Source: Pseudomonas sp. (GTDB taxonomy: Bacteria > Pseudomonadota > Gammaproteobacteria > Pseudomonadales > Pseudomonadaceae). From it: a DNA stretch of 64,000 bases. A program made the translations under genes and the position numbers. The stretch covers positions 4,748-68,747 of the forward strand of contig NZ_JAUYNT010000011.1 in the NCBI RefSeq assembly GCF_030698175.1, given 5' to 3'. This document shows, piece by piece, positions 21,142 through 32,658 of this stretch (the stretch's first letter is position 1; every line of letters begins with the position of its first letter). The notes under the pieces are model-generated. The model worked only from the letters and a program-made list of their open reading frames with translations. It was not told where the DNA came from and did no database searches.

Positions 21142-21972
21142 TCAGCCCTGATTGGCCGCGGTACGCAGTTTCTCGCTGCGCCCGCGCAACCATTCCAGGG
21201 TCAGCAGCAGGACGATGGAGAAGCCGATCAGCAGGGTCGCGGCGGCGGCGATGGTCGGGCTGAGGTTCTCGCGGATGCCGCTGAACATCTGCCGGGGCAA
21301 GGTGGTTTGCTCAGGGCCGGCGAGAAACAGGGTCACCACCACTTCATCGAAGGAGGTGGCAAAGGCGAACAAGGCACCACTGATTACACCAGGCGCAATC
21401 AACGGCAGGGTGATCCGAAAGAACGCCGTCAGTGGCGAGGCACCGAGGCTGGCGGCGGCGCGCACCAGGTTCTGGTTAAAGCCCTGCAAGGTCGCCGACA
21501 CCGTGATGATCACAAACGGCACGCCGAGCACCGCGTGCACCAGAATCAGCGACAGGTAGCTATTGCCCAAGCCCAACGGGGCGAAGAACAGGTAGCTGGC
21601 CACCCCGACAATCACCACCGGCACCACCATCGGCGAGATCACCAGACTCATCACCAACGCCTTGCCGCGAAACTCGCCGCGGGTCAGGCCAATCGCCGCC
21701 AGGGTGCCAAACACCATGGCCAGCACCGTGGCCGCCGGGGCGACGATCAGGCTGTTTTTCAGCGAGCGCATCCAGTCGGCGGAGCCGAACAGATCCTGGT
21801 ACCACTGCAGGGAAAAGCCTTGCAGCGGATAGACCAGAAAACTGCCGGAATTGAACGACAAGGGAATGATCACCAACACCGGCAAGATCAGAAACAGCAG
21901 CACCAGACCGCAGAGGCCACGCAATGTGTAGAACCAGAGTTTCTCTACCGGCGACATATAGGGACTTAGCAT
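21142..21972 (-). CDS. agtD: Polyamine-type ABC permease (PotC-like)
   Basis: RAAASLGASPLTAFFRITLPLIAPG and FATSFDE motifs; symbol from recalled synteny with PA0606. Confidence 0.8.
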   Translation of the reverse strand: MLSPYMSPVEKLWFYTLRGLCGLVLLFLILPVLVIIPLSFNSGSFLVYPLQGFSLQWYQDLFGSADWMRSLKNSLIVAPAATVLAMVFGTLAAIGLTRGEFRGKALVMSLVISPMVVPVVIVGVASYLFFAPLGLGNSYLSLILVHAVLGVPFVIITVSATLQGFNQNLVRAAASLGASPLTAFFRITLPLIAPGVISGALFAFATSFDEVVVTLFLAGPEQTTLPRQMFSGIRENLSPTIAAAATLLIGFSIVLLLTLEWLRGRSEKLRTAANQG

Positions 21973-21985
21973 CAGTATTTGCTCC

Positions 21986-23233
21986 TTAGCTCAGACGCAG
22001 GCGGTTGGCGCCCACCAGCCAGCTGTAAACCACATAGAGCACCAGCGTGGCGAACAGCAGCAGGCCGCCAAGCGCCGTGGCCATACCCCAGTTGATGCTG
22101 GTGTTGGTGTAGAAGGCGACGAAGTAGCTGACCATCTGATCGCTCGGGCTGCCGAGCAGCGCCGGGGTGATGTAGTAACCAATCGCCAGGATAAACACCA
22201 GCAAGCAACCGGCGCCGACACCGGCCATGGTCTGCGGAAAGTACACCCGCCAGAAACTGGCGAACGGATGGCAACCGAGGGAAATTGCCGCGCGCATATA
22301 GGTCGGCGAGATGCCTTTCATCACGCTGTAGATCGGCAAAATCATAAAGGGCAGCATGATGTGCACCATCGAGATGTACACCCCGGTGCGGTTGAACACC
22401 AACTCCAGCGGCTGGTCGATCAGCCCCAGTTTGAGCAGCGCGCCGTTGATCAAACCACCCGATTGCAACAGCACTATCCAGGCCGCCACCCGCACCAGAA
22501 TCGAGGTCCAGAACGGCAACAGCACCAGAATCATCAGCAGGTTGCTCTGCCGCGACGGCAGGTTGGCCAGCAGATAAGCCAGCGGATAGGCCAGCACCAG
22601 ACAGATGGCGGTAATCACCAGGCCCATCCAGAAGGTGCGGGCGAAGATGTCGATATAGATCGCCTGATCCGGGGTAGCCGACGCCAACTCACCGAGGTCG
22701 TCGATTCTATGGTCGAGGGCCGCCAGCAGGTAAAACGGTGTGACGCTGTTGGTGTTGCGGCGGATCACCTGCCAGTAAGCCGGGTCGCCCCAGCGCTCAT
22801 CCAGGCCTTCTAGGGCCGTTTTGTAAGACCCCGGCTCGCTCTTGAGCGGCAGCGCCCGCGAGGTTTTCATTAGCAAGCTGCGATAACCGGCCAGCTCCAT
22901 ATTCAGCCGCTTGGACAGATCACCCAGGCTCTGATTTTTACGGGCATCAACCAGGTCCAGGCTCAGCGCCTGGTACACCGGCTCACCGGGCAGCGCCTTG
23001 CCATCCCAGCTGGCAATCGCCTCGACGGTGCGCGGCATGGAGCCGAGTACTTCCGGGTTGCCGACGCTTTTGAACAGCAGGGCGACAATCGGCAGCAGGA
23101 AAATCAGTAATAAAAACAGCACCAGCGGCAGAATCAGCGCCTGGGCTTTCCAGCGATTCATCCGCTCGGCTCGCGCCAGTCGTTGTTTCAGACTGGGACC
23201 GGCGGGCACGCTCAAGGACTCTGCGTAGGCCAT
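21986..23233 (-). CDS. agtC: Polyamine-type ABC permease (PotB-like)
   Basis: LLPFWTSILVR and AAISLGCHPFASFWRVYFP motifs; symbol from recalled synteny. Confidence 0.8.
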   Translation of the reverse strand: MAYAESLSVPAGPSLKQRLARAERMNRWKAQALILPLVLFLLLIFLLPIVALLFKSVGNPEVLGSMPRTVEAIASWDGKALPGEPVYQALSLDLVDARKNQSLGDLSKRLNMELAGYRSLLMKTSRALPLKSEPGSYKTALEGLDERWGDPAYWQVIRRNTNSVTPFYLLAALDHRIDDLGELASATPDQAIYIDIFARTFWMGLVITAICLVLAYPLAYLLANLPSRQSNLLMILVLLPFWTSILVRVAAWIVLLQSGGLINGALLKLGLIDQPLELVFNRTGVYISMVHIMLPFMILPIYSVMKGISPTYMRAAISLGCHPFASFWRVYFPQTMAGVGAGCLLVFILAIGYYITPALLGSPSDQMVSYFVAFYTNTSINWGMATALGGLLLFATLVLYVVYSWLVGANRLRLS

Positions 23234-23280
23234 CATAAACTCCAGAAAAAAGACCGCGCGGACGCGGCCAAAAAAGCACC

Positions 23281-23351
23281 GTAGGATGGGTTGAGCTTGC
23301 GATACCCAGCAACCGACCAGCATGGGTATCGCTGCGCTCAGCCCTTCCTAC
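23281..23351. repeat. Compact REPIN between the binding-protein and permease genes
   Basis: GTAGGATGGGTTGAGCTTGCGATACCCAG and inverted ATGGGTATCGCTGCGCTCAGCCCTTCCTAC. Confidence 0.85.
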
Positions 23352-24379
23352 TTGGCGGCCCAGGCGTTGAAACGCTGCTCCAGCTGCTCGCCATAATCGG
23401 CCCAGAAGGTCACGTCCATGGCCACTTGATTGGCGATGTTTTCCGGGGTGGTCGGCATGTCTTTCAGCACCTCTTTATTCAGCAGCGGCACCGCCAGTTT
23501 GTTGGCCGGGCCGTAGGCGATGTTTTCCGAGTAGCCCTTTTGCTGCTGCGGCTGCACCGAGAAGGCGATGAATTTCTGCGCCGCTGCCAGATCCTTGGCG
23601 CCCTTAGGGATGGCCCAAGAGTCGAAGTCGTAGATGCCGCCGTTCCACACCACTTTCAAATTGCTTTCTTTCTGCACGGCGGCGATCCGGCCGTTGTACG
23701 CCGAGCTCATCACCACATCACCGGAGACCAGATACTGCGGCGGCTGCGCGCCGGCTTCCCACCACTGGATGCTCGGTTTCAACTGATCGAGTTTCTTGAA
23801 GGCGCGATCGACCCCGGCCGGGGTCGCCAGCACCTTGTAGACCTCTTTGGGTGCCACGCCATCGGCCATCAGGGCAAATTCCAGGGTGTACTTAGCGCCT
23901 TTGCGCAGGCCACGTTTGCCGGGGAATTTCTCGGTATCCCAGAAATCCGCCCAGCCGGCGGGTGCGCTTTTCAGCTTGTCGGCGTTGTACGCCAGTACCG
24001 TCGACCAGACGAAGAAACCCACACCACAGGGCTGGATAGCGCCGGGAATAAAGTCATCGGGATTACCGAACTGGGCCGGATCGAGGCTTTCAAACAGACC
24101 CTCATCGCAGCCACGGGACAGCTCTGGCGACTCCACTTCCACCAGGTTCCAGGACACACTCTGGGTGTCGACCATGGCTTTGACCTTGGCCATCTCGCCG
24201 TTGTATTCGCCGGCCAGGATCTTGCCGTTGCCGGCGGCTTCCCAAGGCGCATAAAAGCCTTTGACCTGGGCGTTCTTGTTGGCACCACCAAAGGACACCA
24301 CGGTTAGATCGGCGGCCAAGCTGGGCAGCGCAAAGGCGAGTCCGAGGGCCATGGCGCTGAGTTTGAGAGAGTTATTCAT
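23348..24379 (-). CDS. agtB: ABC periplasmic substrate-binding protein
   Basis: Signal peptide; LTVVSFGG, FWDTEKFPGKRGL and WWEAGAQPPQ motifs; symbol from recalled synteny. Confidence 0.8.
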   Translation of the reverse strand: MNNSLKLSAMALGLAFALPSLAADLTVVSFGGANKNAQVKGFYAPWEAAGNGKILAGEYNGEMAKVKAMVDTQSVSWNLVEVESPELSRGCDEGLFESLDPAQFGNPDDFIPGAIQPCGVGFFVWSTVLAYNADKLKSAPAGWADFWDTEKFPGKRGLRKGAKYTLEFALMADGVAPKEVYKVLATPAGVDRAFKKLDQLKPSIQWWEAGAQPPQYLVSGDVVMSSAYNGRIAAVQKESNLKVVWNGGIYDFDSWAIPKGAKDLAAAQKFIAFSVQPQQQKGYSENIAYGPANKLAVPLLNKEVLKDMPTTPENIANQVAMDVTFWADYGEQLEQRFNAWAAK

Positions 24380-24417
24380 TGTTGTTGTCTCCACAGTGCA
24401 GGTTGATAGAAATGCGA

Positions 24418-25533
24418 TCAAACAGCTTCCAGTAAGGGGTCCAGCGCGCGTACGTGTTCGACCTGCCAGCCGAGCGGCACCACGTCACCCACCGCGAGGG
24501 CCGGGTCGAGCTCGGCGATCGGTTGTTTGACGAAGAAGTCGGCCTTGCCACACACCTCTAGACGCACACGTACGTGGTCGCCTAGATAGATAAATTCCTC
24601 GACGCGGCCGCTGAAGCGGTTGGCGCAGGTTTCGCTGGCAGCGTTCAAGCGGATGCGCTCGGGGCGAATCGACAGGGTCACCGGCTCGCCGAGTTGACCG
24701 ACATTCACCGCCAGCGCCTCGACTTTTTCGCCACGCCCCAGCTCGACCACGCAACGCTCGCCATCACGGCTGTGCAGGCGGCCATTGATGCGGTTGTTTT
24801 CGCCGATAAAGTTGGCCACGAAGGTGTTTTTCGGTTCTTCATAGAGGGTGCGCGGCGGGGCGATTTGCTGGATTTCACCCTGGTGAAACACCGCCACCCG
24901 ATCCGACATGGTCAGGGCTTCACCCTGATCGTGAGTCACGTAAACCACGGTCACGCCGAGGCGCTTGTGCAGGTGCTTGATCTCCATCTGCATATGCTCG
25001 CGCAGCTGTTTGTCCAGGGCGCCGAGGGGCTCATCCATCAGCACCAACTGCGGCTCGAACACCAGCGCTCGGGCCAGGGCCACCCGCTGTTGCTGGCCAC
25101 CGGACAGTTGGCCGGGGTAGCGGTTGCGGAATTTATCCAGCTGCACCATCGACAGCGCGCGTTTGACCCGCTCGCTGCAGTCGGTCTTGTTCATGCCGCG
25201 CACGGTCAGCGGAAACGCCAGGTTTTCCGAGACGGTCATGTGCGGGAACAGCGCGTAGTTCTGAAATACCATGCCGATGTCGCGCTCGTGCGGCGGCACG
25301 TTATTAATCGAGCGGCCGGCCAGCAGAATCTCGCCAGCGGTAGGGGTTTCGAAGCCGGCCAGCATCATCAGGCTGGTGGTTTTGCCCGAGCCGGACGGCC
25401 CCAACAGGGTGAGAAATTCGCCTTTGCGAATCTCCACGTTGAGGTCTTTGACGATCAAGTTCTCGCCGTCGTAGCTCTTTTGTACGCCACGAAAGCTGAC
25501 CAGCACATCGTTCGCTTGCGTCTCGAGCATCAC
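24418..25533 (-). CDS. agtA: ABC ATP-binding subunit (PotA-like)
   Basis: [22 protein letters not shown] and [10 protein letters not shown] motifs. Confidence 0.85.
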   Translation of the reverse strand: MMLETQANDVLVSFRGVQKSYDGENLIVKDLNVEIRKGEFLTLLGPSGSGKTTSLMMLAGFETPTAGEILLAGRSINNVPPHERDIGMVFQNYALFPHMTVSENLAFPLTVRGMNKTDCSERVKRALSMVQLDKFRNRYPGQLSGGQQQRVALARALVFEPQLVLMDEPLGALDKQLREHMQMEIKHLHKRLGVTVVYVTHDQGEALTMSDRVAVFHQGEIQQIAPPRTLYEEPKNTFVANFIGENNRINGRLHSRDGERCVVELGRGEKVEALAVNVGQLGEPVTLSIRPERIRLNAASETCANRFSGRVEEFIYLGDHVRVRLEVCGKADFFVKQPIAELDPALAVGDVVPLGWQVEHVRALDPLLEAV

Positions 25534-25639
25534 CGCACCTTTTATGTTGTTGTCTGTCGTGGAGTAAGACTAGAACGACAGACCCGCAGGGCAAATCGGC
25601 GGTGAGGAGAGATTGTTATAAGCACAACGGACGACTGCC

Positions 25640-25657
25640 TGTAGGGATTGCCCTACA
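25640..25657. promoter_or_regulatory. Candidate response-regulator operator upstream of the ABC operon
   Basis: Perfect palindrome TGTAGGG-ATTG-CCCTACA, about 20 bp upstream of a minus-strand TATAAC (25620-25615). Confidence 0.55.
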
Positions 25658-25704
25658 AGATCGATGGAGCGAGAGCAGCGCCGGACGGCATACTCGGGGG
25701 AACC

Positions 25705-25739
25705 GTAGGATGGGTTGAGCGCAGCGATACCCATCCTAC
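25705..25739. repeat. Single REP forming an 11-bp hairpin
   Basis: GTAGGATGGGT-TGAGCGCAGCGAT-ACCCATCCTAC. Confidence 0.8.
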
Positions 25740-25776
25740 CCAGCGGCGCACAGGGGTGCAGTTGCTGCAACGCAGA

Positions 25777-26406
25777 TCAAAGCAGCTTGTGCTCCATGGC
25801 GTAGCGCATCAGATCGGCCATCGAGTTGGCATTCATCTTCTGCATCAGTCGCGCCTTGTGGGTGCTGATGGTTTTGTTGCTGAGGGCCAATTGCTGGGCA
25901 ATCTCATTGACGCTGGCGCCTTGCACCAGCCGCTCGAACACCGAGAACTCGCGCTCCGACAGCAGGGCATGGGCGGGCCGCGAATCGGTCAGGCCGACCT
26001 CGAAGACCATCCGGTCGGCCAGGTCCGGGTCGATATAACGGCCACCGCCGGCGACCTTGCGAATCGCCGTCAACAGCAGGGCCGGATCGCTGTCTTTGGT
26101 GGCGTAACCGGCGGCGCCAATCTTCAGGGCGCGGGCGGCCATTTGCGCCTCGTCGTGCATGGACAACACCAGAATCGCCGGAGGATTGCTCAGGGCGCGA
26201 ATCCGTGGAATCGCCTCCAAGCCATTTACTCCGGGCATCGAGATGTCCAACAACACCACATCGCAGGGCACTTGGCGCAAGGTCTCCAGCAACTGCTCGC
26301 CATTACTGGCCTCACCGACCACTTGCAGGTCTTTGGCCAGGCCGATCAGTTGCTTGATGCCCTCGCGGACGATGGTGTGATCTTCTGCCACCAATACTCG
26401 AATCAC
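25777..26406 (-). CDS. agtR: NarL/LuxR family response regulator
   Basis: AEDH, LLDISMPG receiver motifs and LSEREFSVF...KTISTHK HTH; symbol from recalled synteny with PA0601. Confidence 0.82.
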   Translation of the reverse strand: MIRVLVAEDHTIVREGIKQLIGLAKDLQVVGEASNGEQLLETLRQVPCDVVLLDISMPGVNGLEAIPRIRALSNPPAILVLSMHDEAQMAARALKIGAAGYATKDSDPALLLTAIRKVAGGGRYIDPDLADRMVFEVGLTDSRPAHALLSEREFSVFERLVQGASVNEIAQQLALSNKTISTHKARLMQKMNANSMADLMRYAMEHKLL

Positions 26407-26442
26407 GCCGCTGCCTCCTCAGGCCAAAGTCTTATTCCAAGC

Positions 26443-28845
26443 TTATTGCAGGGGGATGTGCACACTCAGGCTGGTGCCCTCGCCCAGTCGGCTGTCCAGT
26501 TGCAAACTGCCGCCGAGCATCAGCACCCGCTCACGCATGCCGACCAAACCGAAGGAGCTGGGTCGCCCGCTGGGCGCGACAAAACCGCAACCATCATCAA
26601 CGATGCTCAGGCACAGCATGCCGGCCTCCAGCGTCAGCCGTACCTCGACAGTATGCGCCTGGGCATGGCGGATGACGTTGGTCAGCGCCTCCTGCAGGAT
26701 GCGAAACAAACCGATGGCCTTGGCGTCCGCCAGTGTCGGCAGGTTGTCGGGCACCTGCACCAGACAAGGAATCTGCGTGCGCGCCTCAAAGCGTTGCGCC
26801 TGCCATTCAATCGCCGAACTGATGCCGGCATCGAGGATCGGCGGACGCAAGGCGGTGGCCACATCGCGGACCAGTTGGAACAGGCTGGCGATCAGCCGTT
26901 TCATGCTGTTCAGCCGCTCCTGCAAGCCCACATCCAGCTCGCCATAGGCGAGCTCACACATGGCGGTTTCCAGTTTGAGCACGGTCAGCACCTGGCCCAG
27001 CTCGTCGTGTACTTCACGGGCGATGCGGGCTTTTTCTTCTTCGCGCACGCTCTCCAAGTGCGCCGACAGCTCGCGCAATTGCCCGCGCGACTCGCTCAGC
27101 GCCAGCTCGATGCGCTTGCTCTCACTGATGTCCCAGACGATGCCGTCCCAGACCACCAGACCATCTTCGAGGCGGCGGGCAATCGCCTTGATATCGGCCC
27201 AGCGCTGCTCGCCTTCGCGGGTCAAGATGCGCCCCTGCCAGTGCCAGTCGCGATCCGCCTCCAGCGCCGCTAGCTGGCTTTGATGGTAATCGGCAAGGTC
27301 ATCGCCATGCACCAGGCTGCGAATCCCGCGCCCAGGTTGCAGCAAGGTGGCCGCCGGATAGCCGACCAATTTCTCACTGCCATCGCTGATAAAGGCAAAG
27401 TCCACCGGCGCTTCCGGCTGCGGCCGTTCGAGGCGAAACACCAGGCCCGGCACATTGGCGGCGATGCCCTGCAGCTGCGCCTGACTTTCCTGCAGGGCGG
27501 CCAGGGCGCGGCGCCGCTCGGTCACATCGGTGATATACACGACCAAATACTCGGCCTGGCGAAAACGCAGAAAACTCAGCGACACATCGGTCGGCAGCGC
27601 GCTGCCATCGGCGCGCAAGCAGTTGCTCTCGAAGCTCAAGGGCTCGCCATCACTGGCGCGAGCGCGTTTCCACAGCGCCAGCCAGCGATCCATCTGCAGG
27701 CTCGGCTCCAGCTCGATCAGCGGCCGTTCCAGCAAGCCGCCCAGGGGATAACCGAGCATCTGCTCGACCGCCCGATTGGCATAGCGCACGTGACTGTCCC
27801 AGTTGACCCAAAGAATGCCGACGGTGCTTTGGTCGATGGAAAACTGCGACAACCGCAGCGCCTCCTCGCTGGCCGCCTGCAACTCAAGCTCCTGGCGCGC
27901 CTCCAGCACGCGCCGCTCCAGGCCATGCCGCTGGCGGCGCAGGGAAAACACGATGGCCAGCGCGGCCAATAGCAAGACGGCCAGCAGCCCACTGAGGTTC
28001 TGCCAGAAGCCCGGCGAGTCGCCCAGGCGTGGGTATTTGAGCTGCAACCAGCGCTCGCGCAACTGATCCAACTGCTTGGCCGGGATCGAGCGTAGCGCGC
28101 TGTCCAGCAAGGCCGACAGCTCGGGCCAATCGCGCCGCGAGGCGACCCGCAATAGCTGCGGCAAACCGATATCGCCGACCACCGCCAACTCGGCAAATTC
28201 GCTCTCGCGGGCCAGGCGACTGAACTGCGCCGCGTCGATCACCGCATAGCGCACCCGCTGGCTGAGCAGCTGCTGCAAGGCCTCGCGGTCGCTGCCGACG
28301 GTCTGCAAATTGAGGCTCACATAGGTGCCGCGCAGGTAGTCGGCCACCACGCTGGGCATCCGCACGGCCACCGGTTCAGTGGCGCCGAGCTGCTCCAGAT
28401 CGACCGCCGCGCCGCCATTGCGCGCGCCCACCAACAAGTGCGGCACGCGCATATAGGGGTCGGAAAACAGCCACAGGCGCAGCCCGGCCGGGGTTTGACT
28501 GAGGCCCGGAGCCACATCGACCTTGCCGCCGCGCAGGGCCGCCTCCAGCGCAGCTTGGTCGGCATATTGCTGCCAGAGCAACTCCACCTGCAGCGCCGCC
28601 GCCAACCACTGCATCAGCTCCACATTGAGCCCGGAGAGTTGCTGCAAGCGCCGATCATATTGCGCATAGGGCGCCTGCAAGACCACGCCGACCCGCAGTT
28701 GCCGGTGCTCGGCCAGCCAGGCGTGCTGCGCCGCATCTAGGGGCAGCGCCTCGACTCCAGCCGCCTGGGCCAGCACCGGCCAGCCGCCGCAGCCGAGCAG
28801 GGCCACCAGCATCAGTAAGCGCAAAACACCCAGCACAGTCAGCAC
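26443..28845 (-). CDS. agtS: Sensor histidine kinase (periplasmic binding domain, PAS, HisKA_3); start approximate
   Basis: RIAREVHDELGQ, QEALTNVIRHA, DDGCGF and FGLVGMRER motifs. Confidence 0.8.
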   Translation of the reverse strand: MLTVLGVLRLLMLVALLGCGGWPVLAQAAGVEALPLDAAQHAWLAEHRQLRVGVVLQAPYAQYDRRLQQLSGLNVELMQWLAAALQVELLWQQYADQAALEAALRGGKVDVAPGLSQTPAGLRLWLFSDPYMRVPHLLVGARNGGAAVDLEQLGATEPVAVRMPSVVADYLRGTYVSLNLQTVGSDREALQQLLSQRVRYAVIDAAQFSRLARESEFAELAVVGDIGLPQLLRVASRRDWPELSALLDSALRSIPAKQLDQLRERWLQLKYPRLGDSPGFWQNLSGLLAVLLLAALAIVFSLRRQRHGLERRVLEARQELELQAASEEALRLSQFSIDQSTVGILWVNWDSHVRYANRAVEQMLGYPLGGLLERPLIELEPSLQMDRWLALWKRARASDGEPLSFESNCLRADGSALPTDVSLSFLRFRQAEYLVVYITDVTERRRALAALQESQAQLQGIAANVPGLVFRLERPQPEAPVDFAFISDGSEKLVGYPAATLLQPGRGIRSLVHGDDLADYHQSQLAALEADRDWHWQGRILTREGEQRWADIKAIARRLEDGLVVWDGIVWDISESKRIELALSESRGQLRELSAHLESVREEEKARIAREVHDELGQVLTVLKLETAMCELAYGELDVGLQERLNSMKRLIASLFQLVRDVATALRPPILDAGISSAIEWQAQRFEARTQIPCLVQVPDNLPTLADAKAIGLFRILQEALTNVIRHAQAHTVEVRLTLEAGMLCLSIVDDGCGFVAPSGRPSSFGLVGMRERVLMLGGSLQLDSRLGEGTSLSVHIPLQ

Positions 28846-28879
28846 CTCAGATAGGTAAAACCAAGCAGTCCAGACCGCG

Positions 28880-28912
28880 GCATAACCGAGCGCAGTAGTT
28901 TTCACACAGTCT
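28880..28912. repeat. Truncated MITE end
   Basis: Reverse strand AGACTGTGTGAAAACTACTGCGCTCGGTTATGC shares its core with 19321 (CTGCTGCGCTTGGTTATGC) and 52441. Confidence 0.45.
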
Positions 28913-29037
28913 GAGTCCTGCCACCTTACTCCAGCCCGCCACGCTTTGAGTGCCGCGCAAACCAAACACAAGCACGGCCTGACAAACCACGGCAGAGCTA
29001 TTAGGCTTCCAATACCTTCCCCGGCCGGACTGCTCTG

Positions 29038-30072
29038 ATGCCACGCACCCTCGCGACGACACTTTCATGCTGTTGCCTAGCGCTGTTACTGCCTTACGCC
29101 GCCACGTTGCCGGCCGAGACCGCCGCACCCGATGCTGCGGCCACAACACCTGATGCCGCCGCAGCACCGGCGCCTGCCGCCGACACGCAGCGGCCGGAGG
29201 TGGCCGAACGCAGCCAGGACGAAGCCCTGGCCCTGCAAGAACAGCTACCGGCCGGCGAGCAACAGCAGCTCAAAGCCGGCGAGGAAAGCTTTCTGGCACT
29301 CTGGCAACCGGCCAATAAAGGCGATGCCCAAGGCCTGGTGATTTTACTGCCGGGCGCCGGAGAAAGCGCCGATTGGCCCCAGGCGATTGGCCCGCTACGG
29401 AGCAAATTACCCGATGCCGGCTGGCACACTCTGAGCCTGACGCTGCCCGATCCACAGCCGGTGGCCACTGCTGCAGCCAATACCGAGCCCGGCAGCGCCG
29501 AAGCGTCCGCACTCGCAGAGCCCACCGCGACACCAGAAGCCAGCGCTGCGGTCGCCAGCCCTGCCAACAGTGCGCCAGCCAGCGATAGCAGCGCAGCTGC
29601 GGCAACGCCTGGGCAAACCCCGGAGCAGCACGCCGAGCGCGTCTTGGCGCGGATTCAAGCCGGCATCGAGTTTGCCCAACAGCAAAAACCCAAGAGTATT
29701 GTCCTGCTGGGTCACGGCACTGGCGGCTATTGGGCGGCCCGCTACCTGAGCGAGCATAAAACCGCGCCGATCCAGAATTTACTGCTGGTGGCGCCACTGT
29801 TGCCCGAGCAGTTCAGCCCGCCTCTGGACGAGCTGGTGCCGAAGCTGCAACTGGCGGTGGGCGATTTTTACTACAAGAACCAACAGCTCGAACGCACCGC
29901 AGCGCTCAAGCGCATGCAAGCCAGCAAGCGGCAAAAAAGCCCGGCCTATATTCAGGTTGCCATGTCGGCGCTGCCGGGCAATCCCACCACCGAGCAGGAG
30001 CAACTGTACCGGCGCATTCGTGGCTGGCTGAGCCTGCATCTGCAAGCCCAGGCCGCCGCGCCCGCCCCTTAG
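29038..30072 (+). CDS. DUF3530-like alpha/beta-fold exported protein
   Basis: Signal peptide; LPDAGWHTLSLTLP and GHGTGGYWAARYL motifs. Confidence 0.7.
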   Translation: MPRTLATTLSCCCLALLLPYAATLPAETAAPDAAATTPDAAAAPAPAADTQRPEVAERSQDEALALQEQLPAGEQQQLKAGEESFLALWQPANKGDAQGLVILLPGAGESADWPQAIGPLRSKLPDAGWHTLSLTLPDPQPVATAAANTEPGSAEASALAEPTATPEASAAVASPANSAPASDSSAAAATPGQTPEQHAERVLARIQAGIEFAQQQKPKSIVLLGHGTGGYWAARYLSEHKTAPIQNLLLVAPLLPEQFSPPLDELVPKLQLAVGDFYYKNQQLERTAALKRMQASKRQKSPAYIQVAMSALPGNPTTEQEQLYRRIRGWLSLHLQAQAAAPAP

Positions 30073-30840
30073 TTAGGGAAAATCGCGGCGGTTGCGCAAC
30101 AGCTCAAACGCCCGATGCAACTCGCAGGTTTTGTCGGTGGCGGCACGCACCTGCGCAGGGCTGGCGCCAGCACCGGCGACTTTGTCGGGATGGTGGCGAC
30201 TGAGCAGCCGCCGATAGGCTTGTTTGATCTGCGCCGGCGCGGCCTCGGCGCTTAAGCCCAGCACGCGCAAGGCCTCTTGTTCGGCGGCGGCACTGGCCAT
30301 CAGCGGCACATTACTGCGCGCATAGGCCGCGCCCAGCGCCAGCACGGCGTCGCGCTGCAGGCCCAGATGCTCACCGCAATCCAAAATCAGCTGATATTGC
30401 GCCGGCGCCACCTGACCGCCGGCCCAGGCCATGCGCCAACAGGCACGCAGCAGCTCCTCAGCCAAGGCACGATTGGCCCGCCGCTGCCGCAATGGCCGGC
30501 GCAAACTCTGCTCGGCACTCTTGCCACGGGTGAAGGCGGCAATCGCCAGCTGCTCGGCCGCCTCATCCAACTGCAAACGGCGCATCTCATTGCGGGCTTG
30601 CTGGATATGCGCAGCCGTCACTGCCCCGGCGCTTTTGGCCAAGCGCCCGAGCAGGCCAAACAGCAACTGCTGCTCCCGCGGCCCAGTCGCCCCCTGCATG
30701 CGCCGGCGTAAATCGGCCCAGGACCGTAAATCCAGGCGCCGATCCAGCACCTGCCCGAGCAAGCCGCCCAGCAGCGCACCGGGAATACTGGCCAGCAACA
30801 TGCCGGCCAAGGCGCCCAGGGCGGTAATCGGCCAATACAC
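30073..30840 (-). CDS. djlA: DjlA-like co-chaperone (TerB-like plus J domain)
   Basis: IKQAYRRLLSRHHPDK J-domain motif; N-terminal TM helix; GTG start. Confidence 0.8.
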   Translation of the reverse strand: MYWPITALGALAGMLLASIPGALLGGLLGQVLDRRLDLRSWADLRRRMQGATGPREQQLLFGLLGRLAKSAGAVTAAHIQQARNEMRRLQLDEAAEQLAIAAFTRGKSAEQSLRRPLRQRRANRALAEELLRACWRMAWAGGQVAPAQYQLILDCGEHLGLQRDAVLALGAAYARSNVPLMASAAAEQEALRVLGLSAEAAPAQIKQAYRRLLSRHHPDKVAGAGASPAQVRAATDKTCELHRAFELLRNRRDFP

Positions 30841-30841
30841 G

Positions 30842-32532
<1,691 letters not shown>

Positions 32533-32658
32533 TACAAGGGTCTCCGACGGCGCTAGCCGTTATGCGGGTCATGCTTTATTATCCAGCATCTTTTTCAACC
32601 CATCGAGAGGCATGCGGCCCCCGCAGCCCGATGGCGTGCAGGAAGCCCGGATAACAAG

